Source: Octopus vulgaris (taxonomy: Eukaryota). From it: a stretch of DNA of 64,000 nucleotides. The number at the start of each line of letters is the position of its first letter. Positions within the stretch are counted from its first letter, which is position 1. Below the pieces are notes generated by a model, which saw nothing but the letters and a program-made list of their open reading frames with translations, had not been told where the DNA came from and did no database searches. The position numbers and the translations under genes are program-made. The stretch is from assembly GCA_951406725.2 (NCBI GenBank), contig OX597816.1:136834001-136898000 (forward strand). Direction: 5' to 3'. Below, piece by piece: positions 63,700 through 64,000 of this stretch.

Positions 63700-63950
63700 A
63701 TTATCATCATCCTCATTATCATCATTGTTTTGACATCCATTTTTTTCCATGCTAGCATGGGTTTGATGGAATTTGTTGAGGCACATTTTGTTCAGCTGGA
63801 TGCCCTTCCAGTTGCCAACCCTCAGCTGTTTCCAAGTAAGATAATATTTCTCCATGGTTGAACTTGTTTTCACGGAAGATTAGAAACAAAGGACACCACA
63901 TGCATGATGGTGATACTCATTTGCAGCTATCAGGCAAAGTCAAGGCAAGC
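63700..63950 (-). mobile_element. RTE-type 3'-end fragment
   Basis: (CAT)n ... ttccatgctagcatggg ... cagctggatgcccttcc. Confidence 0.7.
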
Positions 63951-63957
63951 AGACAGT

Positions 63958-63996
<39 letters not shown>

Positions 63997-64000
63997 ACAT

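Overview
AT-rich, repeat-dense eukaryotic (metazoan) DNA. The SINE/LINE repertoire and heavy microsatellite load are typical of a cephalopod, probably Octopus (inference). No host protein-coding gene can be recognised. Most ORFs in the track come from microsatellites or SINEs; the protein-like ones are decayed transposon ORFs (R4/Dong RT, RTE RT with a PHD-like finger, CR1-like RT, Tc1/mariner and Merlin transposases). The only intact conventional gene is tRNA-Phe(GAA) at 60955-61027 (-). The most notable structure is at 22.3-23.2 kb: four hammerhead-ribozyme motifs, each inside or on the arms of an inverted repeat (Penelope/retrozyme-like). One has a fully canonical core and one carries a compensatory G3-C8 core swap. 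Also notable are a 1.35 kb near-perfect palindrome centred on (TA)n, several further fold-back hairpins, a U6 snRNA pseudogene joined head-to-tail to an RTE 3' end, a satellite-like array built from the RTE 3' UTR, a Merlin-type MITE nested in a Merlin transposase remnant, and a complete short Helitron. Coordinates of decayed repeats are approximate.
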